A program made the translations under genes and the position numbers. DNA of 64,000 bases from Schmidtea polychroa (lineage: Eukaryota): assembly GCA_044892525.1 (NCBI GenBank), contig CM097885.1:2978001-3042000 (forward strand), read 5' to 3'. The notes below the pieces were generated by a model. That model was not told where the DNA came from. It worked only from the letters and a program-made list of their open reading frames with translations, and ran no database searches. The stretch's first letter is position 1. Each line of letters opens with the position of its first letter. This document shows, one piece after another, positions 39,588 to 53,713 of this stretch.

Positions 39588-41783
39588 TGAAATTGCGTGC
39601 GTGATTGATTGTGTTTGTGAGTGAGTGTGTGACTGAGTGTTTCTATGCCGCCTGTTGCTATGACAATTGCGGCAGTCGAGATTAAATTATTACAATAATT
39701 ATAATTGCTGTCGTATGGGGCGGTTGGGGAGGAGTGTGATTGGTGGAGCTCATTCTGATGCCGCTGCCGCCGCCTGATTGGTCAATTGTTTGATCTATAT
39801 ATGTTTGTTTTCATGAATAAATTATTGATTATTGTTTTGTTCATGTCATTCAATATATTTTGTGTTGTCATAGTTACACCATTCCCTCCAATCATTGATC
39901 AATAAATTCCTATCACGCTCCAGGACACCGTGACAACATATCACAATCAATTATCACACCAAATGCTCTATTTTCACTGGTATAAAGTTCAGCATTTTGC
40001 TATTTGGTGACCTGTATCGATTTGTGAGTCTGGTTGGGCTCGCGTGGATTCCCTCCGTTCCGTTTTGTTCTATTAATCAGTGAAGCACCAGAAGCGCTCG
40101 AATTGTCAAATCATAGGGATGAGTGATTGGATAAATAAATTGAAATCACATTTTGTGTTCCTCTTCACCGAAGATTTTGCATTGGTTATATGAATGCTGG
40201 TCTCATGAAATGGTAACCTTTGATATCTCATGTTCACGTGGCTACTTTATGACAATAAATGTCATTCAACAAAAGAAATAAATCTCAAATATTAACTTTC
40301 CATCAGGTAAGTAGAGAAAGATTAGTACCGATGGAATTCAACAAAATAGCTGCGAAACACCAGCATTTGATAACTGTGTATAACTGTGTATATAATCATT
40401 TCCAAATGCCATTATTTATTTGCCACTGCCATTAGAAAGGTTTACCAATTCCAAGGTTAGAAAATTATCATTACAAACAGCATTTTGTATAATTCTTATA
40501 TTATACAGTTAAAATTGTTTTTTGTAATATGACGAGTGATATTTGATGCCGGTGGTTTCCAACCCGGGAGGCGCGGCCTATGGCGAGGGGAGGCGCCAAA
40601 ACTTTTGGGTAAAAAAATAATTTTCATACCATAATCATTTTTTCGTCATTTTTAGCTCTTCGAGTTTAAAATTACCAAATAAAAAATAACAAAATTTAAA
40701 CTCTTACACAATAACAAGAAATGTCAAATTCCAGACATTCTTTACCCTTAAACATCAAGATACTTATAACTATATATATACACCCAACTCTTTTTTTACA
40801 CGGTAGATACGTTCCAACAAAAATCGTGTAAAAAAAGACATGTTAACCATAGTAAAATTGAGGATGTGTTCTACAATTATAGAAAACCGTGTAAAATAGA
40901 AAAAGGAACCATTAGTTGTTCTAAAAAACCGTGCAAAAAATTAGTAAATCTTGAAACCATATTATATAAGTTTTACAAAATATAATCCATACATGTTTTT
41001 ATTAAAAATAGTTAATAATAGTAATTTTAGTCCATAAGTAAAAGACAAATAAATTTTTTTTCATAAATACATATAAATTAAATTCAAATTGGAAATATAA
41101 GTCTTATTTAGCAACTAATATTTATTATCACTACTTTATAATAAGCGTGCACGTTTATTATAGACTGGCTAAAATTGCTTTACTCACTTAGGTTTACCAA
41201 ATCTGATATTGGTTTTCTTATGATAAAATCTGTTATAAGCTGCTGGGTTTCGTCTTTGTAACTTCTTTATAAAGTTCTTGATAGCCAGCCATACAAACCA
41301 GTAAATTCCGTTGGGATTTTAATGCACGTTCCACGATAGGATCATGAGTGAGAAAAATTGTTCTATACTGGTACCAAATTTTAAGCCATCGCGAATTAAA
41401 TCAGAAGTTAGTTGATGCATTTCACCTTCACCTTCGTCTTCGTCACTATGGTTCTCATTAATACCATTATCTGTTATAGCTTCAATCAAGTCCTCACCAT
41501 CTAAAGGTTTTTCAAGCATCAACTCCTCTATATCCGCAACTTGCATATTTTCAAAGCCCTCACCACCAATTTCGTGTGAAAGCGTTAAAATTTCAGAACA
41601 CACAACTGCATTTTGTATTACAGAGTTACTAATTTTAACACCTGCTGGCCATATTTTCTTCCAACAAGCATTTAAGGTAGAAGTCCGCAGTTGCTTTATG
41701 GCAAAAGAAGCATGTGTAATACAATTCATAATTTTTTTTGGAAATAGTGTTAAACCGAATATTTCGTGCAAAAAAAGAAGATT

Positions 41784-44700
41784 AGTAGGTAGATAGTAGC
41801 GTACCGCAGCAATTGGGGGGTACCCCCCCTGCTGCAACTTTTTTTTTGCTGCAACTTTTGATTACGCAATTTTTCAGACTATAGTGAGGGGGTCTCGATG
41901 GTCCTGGGATTTTCAATACAAAAAAAAATTTTTCAATACAAAAATCCGACTACCACTAAAAAAGCATGGAATTTTCACACTATAGTGAGGGGGTCTCGTT
42001 GGTCCTGGGATTTTCAATACAAAAAATTTTTTTCAATACAAAAATCCGACTACCACTAAAAAAGCATGGTAATTTAAGGTCTCAGGATATTTTCAATACA
42101 AATAGGTGGTCTACACTACAAAAGCCAAGGATTTTTCAGACTATAGTGAGGCGAGTCTCCTTGGTCCTGAGAAATAGGCGGTCTTCAATAAAAAAGCATG
42201 GTAATTTAAGGTCTCAGGATATTTTCAATACAAAAAAAATTTTTCAATACAAAAATCCGACTACCACTAAAAAAGCCAAGGATTTTTCAGACTATAGTGA
42301 GGTGAGTCTCCTTGGTCCTGAGAAATAGGTGGTCTACACAAAAAATACGTGGTAATTTAAGGTCTCAGGATATTTTCAATACAAAATGCTGGTCTACACT
42401 AAAAAAGCATGGTAATTTAAGGTCTTAGGATATTTTCAATACAAAAAGCTGGTCTACACTAAAAAAGCCAAGGATTTTTCAGACTATAGTGAGGTGAGTC
42501 TCCTTGGACCTGAGAAATAGGTGGTCTACACTAAAAAACGTGGTAAATTTTTCAATTAAAGTAAATAATGGTCCAAATTTTAAAATTAAAGTAAATTATG
42601 GTTCTAAAAATTGAATTATAGTAAATTATGGCTCAAATTTTGAATTACAGTAATTAATGGTTCTTAAAAATTAAATTATAGTAAATTATGGTCAAAATTT
42701 TTGAATTACAGTAAATAATGGTCCTAAAAATTAAATTAAAGTAAATTATGGTCCAAATTTTTTCAATTAAAGTAAATTATGGTTCTAAAAAATTAAATTA
42801 CAATAAATTATGGTCCTAAAAATTTAATTACAGTAAATAACGGTCCTAAAAAATTAAATTACAGTAAATTATGGTCCAAATTTTTGAATTAAAGTAAATT
42901 ATGGTTCTAAAAATTAAATTAAAAGTAAATTATGGTTCTAAATTTTTCAAATACAGTAAATTATGGTCCTAAAAAATTAAATTACAGTTAATTATGGGTC
43001 TAAAAAATTTAATTATGGTTCAAATTTTTCAATTAAAGTAAATTATGGTTCAAATTTTTAAATTAAAGTAATGAATGGGGTCAAATAACTAAATTAAGGT
43101 TCTAAAAAATTAAATTAAAGTTAATTAAGGTCCAAATTTTAAAATTAAGTAATCAATGGTAAAAAATTTTAAATAAGTAAATTAAAGTAAATTAAAGTAA
43201 GATTTTAAAATTTAATTACAAAATAATAGAAGGTGTTTGAGAATTGAAATTTTTTAATGGAAATTTTTATGAAATAATTTTTTAAGTAATTTTAGATGGA
43301 AATTTTTATGGAATAATTTTTTAAGTTAATTTTTAATGGAAATTTTTATGAATTATTTTTCAATGGTAATTTTTAATGGAAATTTTTATGGAATAATTTT
43401 TTAAGTAATTTTTTATGGAAATTTTAATAGAATAATTTTTAAGTAATTTTTAACGGAAATTTTTATGAAATATTTTTCAATGATAAATTTTAATAATAAT
43501 TCAACAACAAACCAACAACTTAGTACCAACAACCAGTAACTTACGAACATGTATTAACAACCAGATACCTACAACTAGTTACTAACAACTAGTTACATGA
43601 TACTAAGTACCTACAACCACCTACCCATTAACTAGCTACCAAGTACTAACAACCAGGTCTCAAACAACTAAATACTAACAACCAGTTACCAACTACTAAG
43701 TACCTACAACCACCTAGTTACCAGATACCTACAACTAGATACTAACAACTAGATACCAAGTACCTACAACCACCTAGTTACCAGATACCTACAACTAGAT
43801 ACTAACAACTAGATACCAAGTACCTACAACCACCTACCCATTAACTAGATACCAAGTACTAACAACCTACAACAACTAGGTACTAAGCATTATCAACCAA
43901 CTAAATACTAAGTACTAACAACCAACCAACTAGGTACTAGATAGCAAGTACTTACAACCAACATCAACCAACTACTAAGTACTAACAACCAAAAACATGC
44001 AACCAACTAGCTAACAAGTACTAACAACCAGATACCTACAACTAGTTACTAAGCATTAATTACCAACTACTAAGTACCTACAACCTACAACTAGATACTA
44101 ACAACCAGTTACCAGATACCAAATACTTACAACTAGATACCAAGTACTATCAACCAAAAACAACCAACCAACTAGGTACTAGATACCAAGTAGTCACAAC
44201 CGACAACAACCAAGTACTAAGCATTATTAACCAACTACTAAGTACCTACAACCAACTAGCTACCACCTACCAAGTACTAACAACCAGTTACCTGATACCA
44301 AGTACTAACAACCCACAACAATTACCTAACAACTAACTACCACCTACCAAGTACCTACAACTAGATACTAACAACCAGTTACCAAGTACCTACAACCACC
44401 TACCCATTAACTAGCTACAACCAGCTAACTAGGTACTAGATACCAAGTACTAACAACCAGTTACCAACTACTAAGCACCTACAACCACCTACCAAGTACT
44501 AACAACCTACAACAACTAGGTACTAAGCATTATCAACCAACTAAATACTAAGTACTAACAACCAGCTAACAACTAGATACCTAGTACTAAGCACTGTCAA
44601 CTAGATACCAAGCACTGACAACCAGATGACCACATGAAATTATTGGTTAAATAAGTAAATTAATATTTAATTTTTAAATTAACTAATCAATGGTCTAAAA

Positions 44701-45083
44701 TATTAAAGTTAAAGTCAATTTAAGATGAAAGTTTTCTGGGATTTTCAATGTTAATTTTAGATGCAAATCTTCGTCTATTAATCAATGACCACGTGAAATT
44801 ATTAGTTAAATATGAAAATAAGGATTATATTTAGTTGTTAAATTAAGAAATAAAGAATAATTAGGTAAATTAAAGTTAAAAATTTTAAATAAGTAAATTA
44901 AGGTTCAAAATTTAAAATTAAAGAAAACAATGGTTTAAATTAAAGCTAAATGAGTAAATTAAAGTAATGTAATAAGTAAATTAAACTAAGATTTTTAAAT
45001 TTATTATCAAAAGATTGAATAACCACCAACTTTTTTGAGAAATGTAATTTTTAATGAAAATTTAAATGGAATAATAATAATAA

Positions 45084-45114
<31 letters not shown>

Positions 45115-48100
45115 AATAATTCAACAGTTACCAACAATCGGTTACTAAATATTTTTAACTAGATGCTAACAAATACTTTGAACATGATACCACGTACTAA
45201 CTAACTCTCAAACAACCAAGTAAAAACAATCAAGTACCAACAATCAACTAAATATTCTTCATTGTATTTTATGAATTGTTTTTTAAATTAATTTTTTATC
45301 TATCTTCAAAAATATGTTTAATTACAATCAGTAGAAAAACCTTTTCAAAATGTCTAAATTTAACAAAAATGTTGATTTTCATCAAAAAACCACAACTCAA
45401 CCACTTTAAAACACCACGTGAAATTCAAAATAATTACAATGAAAGACAAATGAATTCTAATTTACAAAACATTCTTCTTTTAAATGATAACTACTGACTT
45501 ATTATTGCAATGTAAAAATCGCATTCAATAAATACTTATTGTTGATCAGTTTTATTATATATACTCTGAGTTTATCCGACAGGATGTTTTGACCCCCTAA
45601 GGGTACTGGTCGTAAGGGTACTGGTCGTAAAGGTACTAGTCGTAAGGGTATTGGTAACTCTCAACCCCCACCTACCCATTAAGTAGTTACTATCAATCAG
45701 CTAACAACTAGATACCATGTACTAACAACCACCATCAACCAGATACTAAGCATTATCAACCTACAACTATATAACAACAATCAGTAAACAACACTATACC
45801 AACTACCAAATATAAGATACCAACAACATAGTATCATCAACCAGTAACTTACGAAGATGTACTAACAACCAACAACTATGTACTAACAAATTGATCTTTA
45901 AAAGCAAATACTCATCACTTGAAAAATTAGATGGAAAATTAATTGAACTCAAGGCATCAATAACTAGGTAAAATTTGATTAAATTATTGTAAAAATTTAA
46001 ATTATTCAAAATAAATATCATAAAAATTTAATTAATGGACAGGAAAAAATTCTAATCATTAATCATCCAGTAAATAAAAAAAATACTGATCATTCAAATT
46101 GAATCAACTAAGATAATAAATTAATAAAAGTTTTGAAATAAGATCTAGATTTAGATTGAATAAAATTAATTTTAATTATTTTTGTAAAAGTAATACATGT
46201 ACTCAAATTGATTGACTGATTTCTCAATATATTCAAAAATCAATATAAATTCATTAAAATTATCAAAGTCAGCAATCTACAATAAAAATAATTATCATTA
46301 AATTCCAAAAGAGACTAGATAACTAATGATAACATCTAACAAACCAGTAAATTCATTTAAATGGCAATAATTGGTATATCCAAGTGAATTCTCTAATAAA
46401 ATCATCTAAAAAGCATCATTTTCCCTAAATATATCAATATTTAAAGATTGGTATTGTAATGATAAATACTTGTTAAAGATCATATATTCTCATCAAACTA
46501 ATAAGATTCCTTAAAATCCCTTAAATGACTATATTTCTACCCTTAATTCATATTATTACAAATAATTCATTAAAATCATCTAAAAAGCATCATTTCCCCT
46601 AAATATATCAATATTTAAAGATTGATATTTTAATGATAAGTACCCGTAAAGGATCATATATTCCCCTCAGACTAATAAGATTGCTAAAAGTCCCATTTAA
46701 ATGACTATAATTCTAACTTTAATTCCTATTATCACGAATATTTCCCTATAAAACATGTAAAATCATTAACCCTAAATAATTTATAAAATCTAATGATAAA
46801 AGTGGTTATAATTAAATTTTTGTTAATCACTGTACTCGATATTTTAAATAAATATTACTACAATATAACTGACTAGGTCCCATTGAAAGATTAAATTTAT
46901 CCATTCAATAAAATATATTTCTTCAAATGATCATTTTTACCAATATTCAACCGATTTAATTACTAATTAAAATCAAGATTTCTTCCAATAAAGATCAATG
47001 TTTTAAGTCCCTATTTCTCAACTTTTGTCATTCTCTGCTTAAATAAAGAGAAAAAAAATAATTTAAAGTTGATATCAATCCCAATTATCTGTAAAGATTT
47101 CATTATCAAAACCAAGTAAATCGATCATTATCCCTACTTAGTAAAACATTGTTCTAAATTAATTTACTGTGCATTAATCACAACCTAATAAAACGATATA
47201 ATTTCACATTATTATTGATTCATAACTGACTAATTGACATTTCCCTTAAAACAATGATATTTTACCAACATCACCATTAAAAAAATCATATATTCCCATC
47301 TTAACCCATCTCTCATTAAATTTAACCGACTATATTCCCATCTTAACCCATCCTTCATTAAAGTCAATCGACTATATCTCCCTTACAATGATATATATTC
47401 CCATCTTAACCTATCCCTCATTTAATCTAACCGACTATATCTCCCTTACAATGATCTATTTCCACCTTAACCCATCCTTCATTAAATCTAACCAACTATA
47501 TCCTCTCAAAAGATCATATATTCCCATCTTAATCGATCTCTCAGCAAATATTTCTACCTCTTTAAACATCTAACCGAATATATCCTTCAATTCTACCCAC
47601 TTGAATCCTCCTTTAATTCAATTCAGTCCTAAAATCTTTAAAGAACTTCAAAAATATGACTTAATTGTTATAGACACCAAATATTCTTCCATTGAAATAA
47701 TTTAGTAGCTATGTAGTAAGAGTTCACTAAAAGATCAAAAATCAATATTTTCTACAAATATTTACCATCAAATACTGGAGATGATATATATTGATTGATC
47801 ATAATTCTTCATCGATTCAACCAATCATTTTCAAGCAATAACAGCAAACTAAATTTCTGTATATCCTACAATAATTATCAAGTAAATTTAAAGTCATTGA
47901 TAAAGTTGGTTTCTTAGCTTATGTTTTTTAAAGTGCATCAATGTGTAAATATTCTTAGAAAATTATTGAAAAATTATTTAGTCAAATACATTACAAAGTT
48001 ATCATCAAAAATCACTTAATTATTAACCTAATTGTCAATGAAATTAATTTTTATTTAAAAACTATTCAATAAAATACAACTAATTATCAAGAAATTAATT

Positions 48101-49659
48101 AAATTTATCAATTAAATTTATCAGTCAACATGAAATTCTTAGAAAATTATTCAATATCCTCATAAAAATTTATCATATCACTTCATTATTGTAAAATCTC
48201 TAATTATTAACCTCATTGAAAATAATTTTTATTTAAAATTAAAAAAAAACAAGTCAATAAAAATACATCCAATTATCAAGAAATTAATTAAATTTATCTT
48301 AGAATTAGCATTAAATTATTAAATATTCATTCAATAAACATGAAATTTGCAAAAATGTTAGAAATCCATGAAAATAATAGAAATTCACAAAAATAATGGA
48401 AATTCACAAAATTGATAAAAATTCACAAAATGATAGAAATTCACAAAAAATGATGGAAATTCATAAAAATGATAGAAATTTACTTGAATAAAACCATCAA
48501 CTCTAAAAATTATCAATACCTTAAACATCAAATTTGCCTAAATAATCATTCAAATAAAAACATCAATTTGAGTACATGTATTACTTTTACAAAAATAATT
48601 AAAATTAATTTTATTCAATCTAAATCTAGATCTTATTTCAAAACTTTTATTAATTTATTATCTTAGTTGATTCAATTTGAATGATCAGTATTTTTTTTAT
48701 TTACTGGATGATTAATGATTAGAATTTTTTCCTGTCCATTAATTAAATTTTTATGATATTTATTTTGAATAATTTAAATTTTTACAATAATTTAATCAAA
48801 TTTTACCTAGTTATTGATGCCTTGAGTTCAATTAATTTTCCATCTAATTTTTCAAGTGATGAGTATTTGCTTTTAAAGATCAATTTGTTAGTACATAGTT
48901 GTTGGTTGTTAGTACATCTTCGTAAGTTACTGGTTGATGATACTATGTTGTTGGTATCTTATATTTGGTAGTTGGTATAGTGTTGTTTACTGATTGTTGT
49001 TATATAGTTGTAGGTTGATAATGCTTAGTATCTGGTTGATGGTGGTTGTTAGTACATGGTATCTAGTTGTTAGCTGATTGATAGTAACTACTTAATGGGT
49101 AGGTGGGGGTTGAGAGTTACCAATACCCTTACGACTAGTACCTTTACGACCAGTACCCTTACGACCAGTACCCTTAGGGGGTCAAAACATCCTGTCGGAT
49201 AAACTCAGAGTATATATAATAAAACTGATCAACAATAAGTATTTATTGAATGCGATTTTTACATTGCAATAATAAGTCAGTAGTTATCATTTAAAAGAAG
49301 AATGTTTTGTAAATTAGAATTCATTTGTCTTTCATTGTAATTATTTTGAATTTCACGTGGTGTTTTAAAGTGGTTGAGTTGTGGTTTTTTGATGAAAATC
49401 AACATTTTTGTTAAATTTAGACATTTTGAAAAGGTTTTTCTACTGATTGTAATTAAACATATTTTTGAAGATAGATAAAAAATTAATTTAAAAAACAATT
49501 CATAAAATACAATGAAGAATATTTAGTTGATTGTTGGTACTTGATTGTTTTTACTTGGTTGTTTGAGAGTTAGTTAGTACGTGGTATCATGTTCAAAGTA
49601 TTTGTTAGCATCTAGTTAAAAATATTTAGTAACCGATTGTTGGTAACTGTTGAATTATT

Positions 49660-49690
<31 letters not shown>

Positions 49691-52600
49691 TTATTATTAT
49701 TATTCCATTTAAATTTTCATTAAAAATTACATTTCTCAAAAAAGTTGGTGGTTATTCAATCTTTTGATAATAAATTTAAAAATCTTAGTTTAATTTACTT
49801 ATTACATTACTTTAATTTACTCATTTAGCTTTAATTTAAACCATTGTTTTCTTTAATTTTAAATTTTGAACCTTAATTTACTTATTTAAAATTTTTAACT
49901 TTAATTTACCTAATTATTCTTTATTTCTTAATTTAACAACTAAATATAATCCTTATTTTCATATTTAACTAATAATTTCACGTGGTCATTGATTAATAGA
50001 CGAAGATTTGCATCTAAAATTAACATTGAAAATCCCAGAAAACTTTCATCTTAAATTGACTTTAACTTTAATATTTTAGACCATTGATTAGTTAATTTAA
50101 AAATTAAATATTAATTTACTTATTTAACCAATAATTTCATGTGGTCATCTGGTTGTCAGTGCTTGGTATCTAGTTGACAGTGCTTAGTACTAGGTATCTA
50201 GTTGTTAGCTGGTTGTTAGTACTTAGTATTTAGTTGGTTGATAATGCTTAGTACCTAGTTGTTGTAGGTTGTTAGTACTTGGTAGGTGGTTGTAGGTGCT
50301 TAGTAGTTGGTAACTGGTTGTTAGTACTTGGTATCTAGTACCTAGTTAGCTGGTTGTAGCTAGTTAATGGGTAGGTGGTTGTAGGTACTTGGTAACTGGT
50401 TGTTAGTATCTAGTTGTAGGTACTTGGTAGGTGGTAGTTAGTTGTTAGGTAATTGTTGTGGGTTGTTAGTACTTGGTATCAGGTAACTGGTTGTTAGTAC
50501 TTGGTAGGTGGTAGCTAGTTGGTTGTAGGTACTTAGTAGTTGGTTAATAATGCTTAGTACTTGGTTGTTGTCGGTTGTGACTACTTGGTATCTAGTACCT
50601 AGTTGGTTGGTTGTTTTTGGTTGATAGTACTTGGTATCTAGTTGTAAGTATTTGGTATCTGGTAACTGGTTGTTAGTATCTAGTTGTAGGTTGTAGGTAC
50701 TTAGTAGTTGGTAATTAATGCTTAGTAACTAGTTGTAGGTATCTGGTTGTTAGTACTTGTTAGCTAGTTGGTTGCATGTTTTTGGTTGTTAGTACTTAGT
50801 AGTTGGTTGATGTTGGTTGTAAGTACTTGCTATCTAGTACCTAGTTGGTTGGTTGTTAGTACTTAGTATTTAGTTGGTTGATAATGCTTAGTACCTAGTT
50901 GTTGTAGGTTGTTAGTACTTGGTATCTAGTTAATGGGTAGGTGGTTGTAGGTACTTGGTATCTAGTTGTTAGTATCTAGTTGTAGGTATCTGGTAACTAG
51001 GTGGTTGTAGGTACTTAGTAGCTAGTTAATGGGTAGGTGGTTGTAGGTACTTGGTATCTAGTTGTTAGTATCTAGTTGTAGGTATCTGGTAACTAGGTGG
51101 TTGTAGGTACTTAGTAGTTGGTAACTGGTTGTTAGTATTTAGTTGTTTGAGACCTGGTTGTTAGTACTTGGTAGCTAGTTAATGGGTAGGTGGTTGTAGG
51201 TACTTAGTATCATGTAACTAGTTGTTAGTAACTAGTTGTAGGTATCTGGTTGTTAATACATGTTCGTAAGTTACTGGTTGTTGGTACTAAGTTGTTGGTT
51301 TGTTGTTGAATTATTATTAAAATTTATCATTGAAAAATATTTCATAAAAATTTCCGTTAAAAATTACTTAAAAATTATTCTATTAAAATTTCCATAAAAA
51401 ATTACTTAAAAAATTATTCCATAAAAATTTCCATCTAAAATTACTTAAAAAATTATTTCATAAAAATTTCCATTAAAAAATTTCAATTCTCAAACACCTT
51501 CTATTATTTTGTAATTAAATTTTAAAATCTTACTTTAATTTACTTTAATTTACTTATTTAAAAATTTTTTACCATTGATTACTTAATTTAAAAATTATTA
51601 CTTTAATTTACTTATTTAAAATTTTTTACCATTGATTACTTAATTTTAAAATTTGGACCTTAATTAACTTTAATTTAATTTTTTAGAACCTTAATTTAGT
51701 TATTTGACCCCATTCATTACTTTAATTTAAAAATTTGAACCATAATTTACTTTAAGTGAAAAATTTGAACCATAATTAAATTTTTTAGACCGATAATTAA
51801 CTGTAATTTAATTTTTTAGGACCATAATTTACTGTATTTGAAAAATTTAGAACCATAATTTACTTTTAATTTAATTTTTAGAACCATAATTTACTTTAAT
51901 TCAAAAATTTGGACCATAATTTACTGTAATTTAATTTTTTAGGACCGTTATTTACTGTAATTTAATTTTTAGGACCATAATTTACTGTAATTTAATTTTT
52001 TAGAACCATAATTTACTTTAATTGAAAAAATTTGGACCATAATTTACTTTAATTTAATTTTTAGGAACATTATTTACTGTAATTCAAAAATTTTGACCAT
52101 AATTTACTATAATTTAATTTTTAAGAACCATTAATTACTGTAATTCAAAATTTGAGCCATAATTTACTATAATTCAATTTTTAGAACCATAATTTACTTT
52201 AATTTTAAAATTTGGACCATTATTTACTTTAATTGAAAAATTTACCACGTTTTTTAGTGTAGACCACCTATTTCTCAGGTCCAAGGAGACTCACCTCACT
52301 ATAGTCTGAAAAATCCTTGGCTTTTTTAGTGTAGACCAGCTTTTTGTATTGAAAATATCCTGAGACCTTAAATTACCATGCTTTTTTAGTGGTAGTCAGA
52401 TTTTTGTATTGAAAAAAATTTTTTGTATTGAAAATTCCAGGACCATCGTTTTTGTATTGAAAAAAAAATTTTTTGTATTGAAAATCCCAGGACCAACGAG
52501 ACCCCCTCACTATAGTGTGAAAATATCATGCTTTTTTAGTGGTAGTCGGATTTTTGTATTGAAAAATTTTTTTTTGTATTGAAAATCCCAGGACCATCGA

Positions 52601-52717
52601 GACCCCCTCACTATAGTCTGAAAAATTGCGTAATCAAAAGTTGCAGCAAAAAAAAAGTTGCAGCAGGGGGGGTACCCCCCCCCCCCCATTGCTGCGGTAC
52701 GCTACTATCTACCTACT
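41784..52717. mobile_element. 10.9-kb non-autonomous Maverick/Polinton-like palindromic element; arms 41784-46212 and 48562-52717, spacer 46213-48561
   Basis: Termini AGTAGGTAGATAGTAGCGTACC / GGTACGCTACTATCTACCTACT; TSD AAGATT at 41778-41783 and 52718-52723; mirrored spurious ORFs (45276-45497 vs 49277-49498). No pPolB, integrase or capsid ORF. Confidence 0.8.
43500..44630. repeat. Complex strand-skewed satellite in left arm (mirror at ~50145-51310)
   Basis: Shuffled words AAGTACTAACAACC, CTAGATACC and AAGTACCTACAACC. Confidence 0.85.
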
Positions 52718-52791
52718 AAGATTTGTTCCTTTTTTGTGGACCGTGTTATTTCAAAATCGTGTAAAAAAAGACCGTGTAAAAAATGAGTTGG

Positions 52792-52844
<53 letters not shown>

Positions 52845-53514
52845 CACTCTACATTCTGATCTTCTGAACTGCTTACACAAATTGACGCCGCGTGTCTAGG
52901 GCATATATTTTACCGCATGATACGCATACTGTCGAATATTTTCTGTCAAGATTTCGAGGGCAATGTATGCATTTTTTATGGCTGGTCGAATTTCATTTTG
53001 AGATTGTTCTTGTAAAATATTGTTACTATGAAGTGCATAATATGTCGACGTTGTGCTCGTGTGAGGGTTTGAATAGTACTTCTATATTTCAGGTAGTCAT
53101 CAAAAAGAGAAAAATCTAATGTTTTGAGATATTTTTTCTAGGTTTTATAAATTTTTTCAAGCAAAAAAAAATACGTAATCGGTCGCGTGGGGTCTTTACA
53201 AGCCCACGCGTGAACAAAAATTTTCGTTACTCAGGCGTCGTGCGAAAACTCAGCCGCGCATATATTGCAAAGTACGTACTTGTTATTTAGGCAGCTACTG
53301 AGACACACGAACCCGTAACTTAAATAATTAAAAATTTATGTAGGTTTTTCTAAGCTACGGGCCTTTAGAGACCCAACGCTACCGACGATGTAAGAAAAAT
53401 AGGGTTAATTTGTAATTTAATATACAAATAAATATACATGTTCGTATGTTAATGCAAAACCTTGTTTTTATTCTGTTAATTGTAGTTTTAATTTTTTTTG
53501 AAATAAAGTTATTA

Positions 53515-53713
53515 CACTCATACCTCGCTATAACGGCCTACTTTAATTACGGCACTTTTTCGATTTACTGTCTAAAATGTTTCGTTATACGGCCAAAAAT
53601 CCTATTGAATTTATATGGAATTGTATCAAAATGTATTTGATTCGTTATGCGGCGTTTCGCTTTGCGGCCAACTTTCCTGGAACGTATCTAGGCCGTAAAG
53701 CGAGGTATGAGTG
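53515..53713. mobile_element. Tigger-like MITE with TA TSD
   Basis: TA-CACTCATACCTCGCTATAACGGCCTA ... TAGGCCGTAAAGCGAGGTATGAGTG-TA. Confidence 0.8.

Larger units (their letters stand above)
40781..52794 (-). mobile_element. pogo/Tigger element (internally deleted), split by the palindromic element
   Basis: TIRs CACCCAACTCTTTTTTTACACGG / CCGTGTAAAAAATGAGTTGGGTG within TA runs; 41319-41730 encodes a Tigger-like C-terminus (LNACWKKIWP, GGEGFENM..DIEEL). Confidence 0.85.

Noticed and set aside
43500..44630. Telomere array
   Set aside because: G/C strand skew is present, but there is no fixed short telomeric unit and the array is internal to the element.
45276..49498. Duplicated 72-73 aa ORFs in the arms
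   Set aside because: Low-complexity, no motifs, and identical only because of the inverted repeat.
41784..52717. Palindrome as an amplification or assembly chimera
   Set aside because: It has a perfect TSD, a unique 2.3-kb spacer, arm-specific repeat counts and a host pogo that continues on both sides. Read support should still be checked.
52850..53408. piggyBac remnant ending in AGGG-TTAA
   Set aside because: Only one plausible end; no matching TIR or transposase found.
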